From an uncultured delta proteobacterium (lineage in GTDB: Bacteria > Myxococcota > Myxococcia > Myxococcales > Anaeromyxobacteraceae): a stretch of 64,000 nt of DNA. This document shows, piece by piece, positions 60,046 through 64,000 of this stretch. The stretch spans positions 13,900-77,899 of the forward strand of contig CAWJSR010000022.1 of NCBI GenBank assembly GCA_963845515.1, written 5' to 3'. A program made the translations under genes and the position numbers. The notes beneath the pieces are model-generated. The model saw only the letters and a program-made list of their open reading frames with translations, was not told the DNA's origin and searched no databases. Each line of letters begins with the position of its first letter. Within the stretch, counting starts at the first letter, position 1.

Positions 60046-61128
60046 ATGGTTCGTCGCATCTTCCCGCTCGTGCTCGCCGTCGTGGCCCTCGCCGCCTGCG
60101 GCCAGCGCGGCCCCAAGAAGTCCGGGCCCGCCGTCGCCCGCGGTGACGGCGTGGTGATCACCGTCGATGAGTTCAAGGCCCGCCTGAAGGAGCAGTCTCC
60201 GGTCATCCGCTCCCGCTTCACGACCGTCGAGCGCAAGAAGGAGTTCCTCGACGGCCTCATCCGCTTCGAGGTGCTCGCAGCCGAGGCGGAGCGGCAGGGG
60301 CTGAACGAGGATCCCGACGTCCAGAACGCCGTCCGCAAGCTGATGGTCCAGAAGCTGGTCCAGCGCTACTTCCAGGACGGCGCCGGCGCGAAGGACATCC
60401 CCGAGGCCGAGCTGCGCGCGTACTACGACAAGAACCAGGCCGAGTACCTCCGGCCCGCCCGCGTCCGCGTCGCGGCAGTCAGCTTCCTCGGCGCCCCGGG
60501 AACGCCCGAGCGCACCGCCAAGGGCGCCGCCGCGCGCAAGGCCGCCGCCGAGATCAAGGCCCAGGTCGCGAAGAACCCGCTCGCCTTCGGCCAGCTCGCG
60601 CAGAAGTACTCGGAAGATCAGGCGACCCGCTCGATCGGCGGCGACCTCGGCTTCAAGTCGCGTGAGGACCTCGTCAAGGCCTACGGCGAGCCGTTCGCCG
60701 ATGCCGTCTTCGCCCAGAAGGACGGCACGGTCTCCGGCGTCGTCGAGTCCACGCAGGGGTTCCACGTGGTCCGCGTCGCGGGCCGCCAGGAGGAGCTGAA
60801 CCGCCCGTTCGAGCAGGTGAAGGACCAGCTCGGCGCCCGGCTCTTCCGCGAGCGCAAGCAGAAGGACCTCGAGTCCTGGGTGAAGGGGCTGAAGGAGAAG
60901 GCCAAGGTCAGGGTCGACGAGCCCGCGCTCGAGAAGATCACCGTCGACGTGGAGCCCGGCGGCCCGGGCGTCCCCGGGATGATGGGCGGCATGCCCGGCG
61001 CCATGCCCGGCGGGATGCCGGGCGGGATGCCCCCGATGATGCCGGGCGCGCGTCCCCCGCCGCCCCGCCAGCCCGGCGGTCCCGTCCCCGTGCCTCCGCC
61101 GGCGCCGGCCGCCCCCGCGAAGCCTTGA
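60046..61128 (+). CDS. PpiC/PrsA-type peptidyl-prolyl isomerase lipoprotein with G/M/P-rich tail
   Basis: AAGGAG RBS, lipobox LAACG and FGQLAQKYSED..GGDLG..GFHVV. Confidence 0.88.
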   Translation: MVRRIFPLVLAVVALAACGQRGPKKSGPAVARGDGVVITVDEFKARLKEQSPVIRSRFTTVERKKEFLDGLIRFEVLAAEAERQGLNEDPDVQNAVRKLMVQKLVQRYFQDGAGAKDIPEAELRAYYDKNQAEYLRPARVRVAAVSFLGAPGTPERTAKGAAARKAAAEIKAQVAKNPLAFGQLAQKYSEDQATRSIGGDLGFKSREDLVKAYGEPFADAVFAQKDGTVSGVVESTQGFHVVRVAGRQEELNRPFEQVKDQLGARLFRERKQKDLESWVKGLKEKAKVRVDEPALEKITVDVEPGGPGVPGMMGGMPGAMPGGMPGGMPPMMPGARPPPPRQPGGPVPVPPPAPAAPAKP

Positions 61129-62077
61129 GCGTCCGCGGCCTCGCCCTCCTCGCCACCGTACTGGCCGCCGGCTGCGGCCGGTGCGGTGGCTCCTCGTCCG
61201 GCTCCGGCGATCCCGGCGCCGTGACGGTCGCCCTGGTGCACGGCGAGCCCATCACCGGCGAGGCAGTCCGCCGGGAGCTGGCGCAGTCGTTCGGCGGGAG
61301 CGCCACCCTGGAGGGTGACCCGGCGGTCGCCCGCCGCCGCGTCCTGGACGACCTGATCGACCGCGCGCTCCTCATGCAGGAGGCCCGCGCCCGGTCGATC
61401 GTGGTCGGCGAGGATCAGGTCGAGCGCGCGCTTCCTCCGCGTTCGCAGCGAGTACCCGGGCTCCCACTTCGACGACCTCCTCGCGAAGGAGCGGCTCTCG
61501 CAGTCGGAGCTTCGCGCCCGGCTCAAGGAGCAGCTCACGATCGAGAAGCTCTTCCACGACGAGGTCTTCCCGCAGATCCGGGTGACCGACTCGGAGGTCG
61601 AGCGCCACTACACCGAGCACGTCGCCGAGTTCCAGGCCGCCGAGACGGTCCGCGTCTCGCAGATCGTGATCGCGACGCGCGAGGAGGCCGCACAGCTCCG
61701 CGACCGGCTCCGCCGCGAGCCGCAGAACTTCGCCGACATCGCGCGCCGGCTCTCGATCGCGCCCGAAGGGAAGAACGGCGGCGACCTCGGCTACATCGTC
61801 CGCGGCGGCGGCTTCCCCGAGGTCTTCGACCTCTGCTTCTCCCTTCCGAAGAACGTCGTCTCGGACGTCACGCCTTCGCCCTACGGCTTCCACCTCTTCA
61901 AGGTCACCGACCGGAAGCCCGCCCAGCGCCTGACGCTGGAGCAGGTGCGCGGCCAGGTCCTCGAGCGGCTCGGGCGCGAGAAGCGCGCCCGGGCGCAGAC
62001 CGAGTACCTCGCCACGCTGCGCAAGCGCGCTCACGATCGAGATCGACGAGAAGGCGCTCGCCAAGGTGAACCCTTGA
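61125..62077 (+). CDS. SurA/PpiC-type PPIase lipoprotein (frameshifts near 61430 and 62030)
   Basis: TTG start, LAAGC, LDDLIDRALLMQEA and FADIARRLS..GGDLG..SPYGFHLFK. The end IEIDEKALAKVNP* is in a third frame. Confidence 0.85.
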
Positions 62078-63047
62078 GCCCCATCCTCGCCCTGGCCGTC
62101 CCCATCGCCGCTGCGCTCCTCGCGCAGCGCGGCGCAGTCATCGATCGCGTCGCCGCCACCGTCGACGGCGACGTGATCACGCTCGGGGAGCTCGTCGAGC
62201 GCTCCGGCGAGGAGTACTCCCAGGCGGAGGCGCTGCCCGCCGGCCCGGCGCGGGAGGCAGCCAGGCGCAAGGCCCTGCGGAGGGCCTTCGACGACGCCGT
62301 CGCCGAGAAGCTGCTGGCGACTCAGGCGGCCGAGCTCGGGCTCGAGGCGACGGAGGCGCAGGTGGACGCCGCCATCGAGGACATCAAGAAGCGCAACGGG
62401 CTCGACGAGGCACGCCTCGACGAGGCGCTCGTCCAGCAGGGGCTCGACAGGGCCGCCTTCCGGCGCCAGGTGAAGGGCAACCTCCAGACCTACAACGTGC
62501 TCGGCTACAAGGTCCGAAATCGGGTGAAGGTGACCGACGACGATCTCCGGAACCACTACCAGCGCCATGCCTCGGAGTTCGCTGGCGAGGAGGAGGTCCA
62601 CGTCCGACACGTCTTCCTGCCGCTCGCCGAGGGCGCCTCCGCCGCCGAGGAGGCGAAGGTCCGCGCCCTGGGCCAGAAGGTCCTCCAGCGGCTCGCCGCC
62701 GGCGAGGACTTCGCCGCGGTCGCCAAGGAGGTCTCGAAGGGGCCGGGGCGCAGGACGGCGGCGATCTCGGCTGGCTGCGTCGCGGCGTCGTGCAGAAGGC
62801 GCTCGAGGACGCGGCCTTCGCGCTCAAGCCGGGCCAGGTCTCGGCGCTCGTGCGCGCGGGGCCGGGCATCCACGTCTTGAAGCTCGAGGAGCGTCGGATG
62901 GGCGGCGCGAAGAGCTTCGACGAGGCCAAGGAGGAGCTGCGCGAGCGACTCACCAACGAGCAGCTCGACGGCTACAAGCAACAGTACCTGGACGAGCTCC
63001 GCCGCGACGCGCTCGTGGACGTGAAGCTCCCAGAGCTCAAGGACTGA
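62074..63047 (+). CDS. surA: SurA-like chaperone/PPIase (frameshift near 62750)
   Basis: TTG start, IDRVAATVDGDVIT, VHVRHVF, FAAVAKEVS, GGDLGW and GIHVLKL. Confidence 0.8.
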
Positions 63048-63058
63048 GCCTCGGCACC

Positions 63059-64000
63059 ATGGCCAAGGAGCTCCCTCGCATCGCCATCTCGCTCGGCGAC
63101 CCCTCCGGCATCGGACCGGAGGTGACCGCCGCGGCCGTGCGCGCGCTGCAGGGAGAGCTCTCGCCGCTGATCTTCGGCGACCCCATCCTCTTCGACCGTC
63201 ACTTCCGCGGCACGAGGCTGCCGGTGGTCGGCGCCGGCGAGCCGCTCCCGGCGGGGGGCGCGCTCGTCGCGGTCACGCACCTGCCGGCGTTTGCCGCCCG
63301 CCCCGGAAGGCCCGCGCCGGTCGCCGGCGCGGCGCAGCTCGCCTTCCTGGAGGACGCCTTCGCCGCAGTGGTCCGCGGCGACGCGGCGGCGCTCTGCACC
63401 GCGCCGGTGTCGAAGGCGCAGGTCGCGCGCTTCAGCGAGGGCTTCGCCGGCCACACCGAGTGGCTCGAGGAGCGCACCGGTGCGCCGCGCTCCGTCATGA
63501 TGTTCGACGGCGCGCGGGTCCGCGTCGCGCTCGTCACGACGCACGTCCCCTTCGCGGAGCTGACGCGGCTGCTCACCCCGGCCCTCGTCGCAGAGACGAT
63601 CCGGATCGTCCACCGCGCCATGCGCGACGACTTCGGGATCGCGAGGCCGCGCGTCGCGCTCGCCGCGCTCAACCCGCACTCGGGCGAGGCCGGGCTCATC
63701 GGTGACGAGGAGGCTCGCCTGCTCCTCCCGGCGCTGAAGCTCGCGGCCCGCGCCGGCGCGCCCGCGGCGGGCCCGTTCCCCGCCGACTCGGTCTTCAACC
63801 GCGCGGCGCTCGGACAGTTCGACGTGGTGGTCGCGCTCTACCACGACCAGGGGATGATCCCGGTGAAGCTGCTCGACACCGTCGGGCTCCAGGCCGCGGT
63901 CAACGTGACGCTCGGCCTGCCGATCGTCCGCACGAGCCCCGACCACGGCGTCGCCTACGACATCGCAGGGAAGGGCAAGGCGAAGTCCGAGAGCATGATC
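63059..64000 (+). CDS. pdxA: 4-hydroxythreonine-4-phosphate dehydrogenase (3' end beyond the window)
   Basis: Manual translation gives AISLGDPSGIGPEV, TAPVSK, GHTE, LVTTHVP, LNPHSGE, GPFPADS, YHDQG and NVTLGLPIVRTSPDHG. It follows surA. Confidence 0.95.
   Translation, partial: MAKELPRIAISLGDPSGIGPEVTAAAVRALQGELSPLIFGDPILFDRHFRGTRLPVVGAGEPLPAGGALVAVTHLPAFAARPGRPAPVAGAAQLAFLEDAFAAVVRGDAAALCTAPVSKAQVARFSEGFAGHTEWLEERTGAPRSVMMFDGARVRVALVTTHVPFAELTRLLTPALVAETIRIVHRAMRDDFGIARPRVALAALNPHSGEAGLIGDEEARLLLPALKLAARAGAPAAGPFPADSVFNRAALGQFDVVVALYHDQGMIPVKLLDTVGLQAAVNVTLGLPIVRTSPDHGVAYDIAGKGKAKSESMI

Noticed and set aside
61582..62880. Fusion of the second and third PPIase genes
   Set aside because: An indel at ~62030 bypasses TGA 62075-62077, and the third gene has its own TTG and signal-like N-terminus.

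Overview
High-GC chromosomal segment whose gene content and order point to an Anaeromyxobacter-like member of the Myxococcota (inferred, not searched). Left half (~0.1-30 kb): a mosaic surface-polysaccharide locus with a Wzc/BY-kinase, rmlA-C-B-D, an O-antigen-ligase/TPR protein, fcl-gmd with a GT11 fucosyltransferase, a CDP-deoxyhexose pathway rfbF-G-H plus epimerase, mutase-like flavoprotein and reductase, GT2/GT4 and methyltransferase-like genes, and ugd. Four two-gene toxin-antitoxin-like modules sit at its operon junctions: a Phd/PIN pair, a MenAT1-like pair, an unassigned nucleotidyltransferase + C-terminal winged-helix pair, and an AbrB/VapC pair. Each has its own promoter, and three have an operator-like palindrome. 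Right half: a divergent-clade membrane pyrophosphatase, an aglRQS-like motor, a Dif-like chemosensory operon, thiL, a SofG/MglA-like GTPase coupled to a PocR-type kinase, two more orphan kinases, a DinG helicase, an LpoA-like lipoprotein, hrcA-grpE-dnaK-dnaJ, mfd, three PPIase/SurA foldases and a partial pdxA. Close to twenty small frameshifts break otherwise intact genes, so many long ORF-track entries are chimeric. These are probably assembly indels. No rRNA, tRNA, CRISPR array, integrase or transposase was recognised. Family and orthology assignments come from motif recognition and recall, with no database search.
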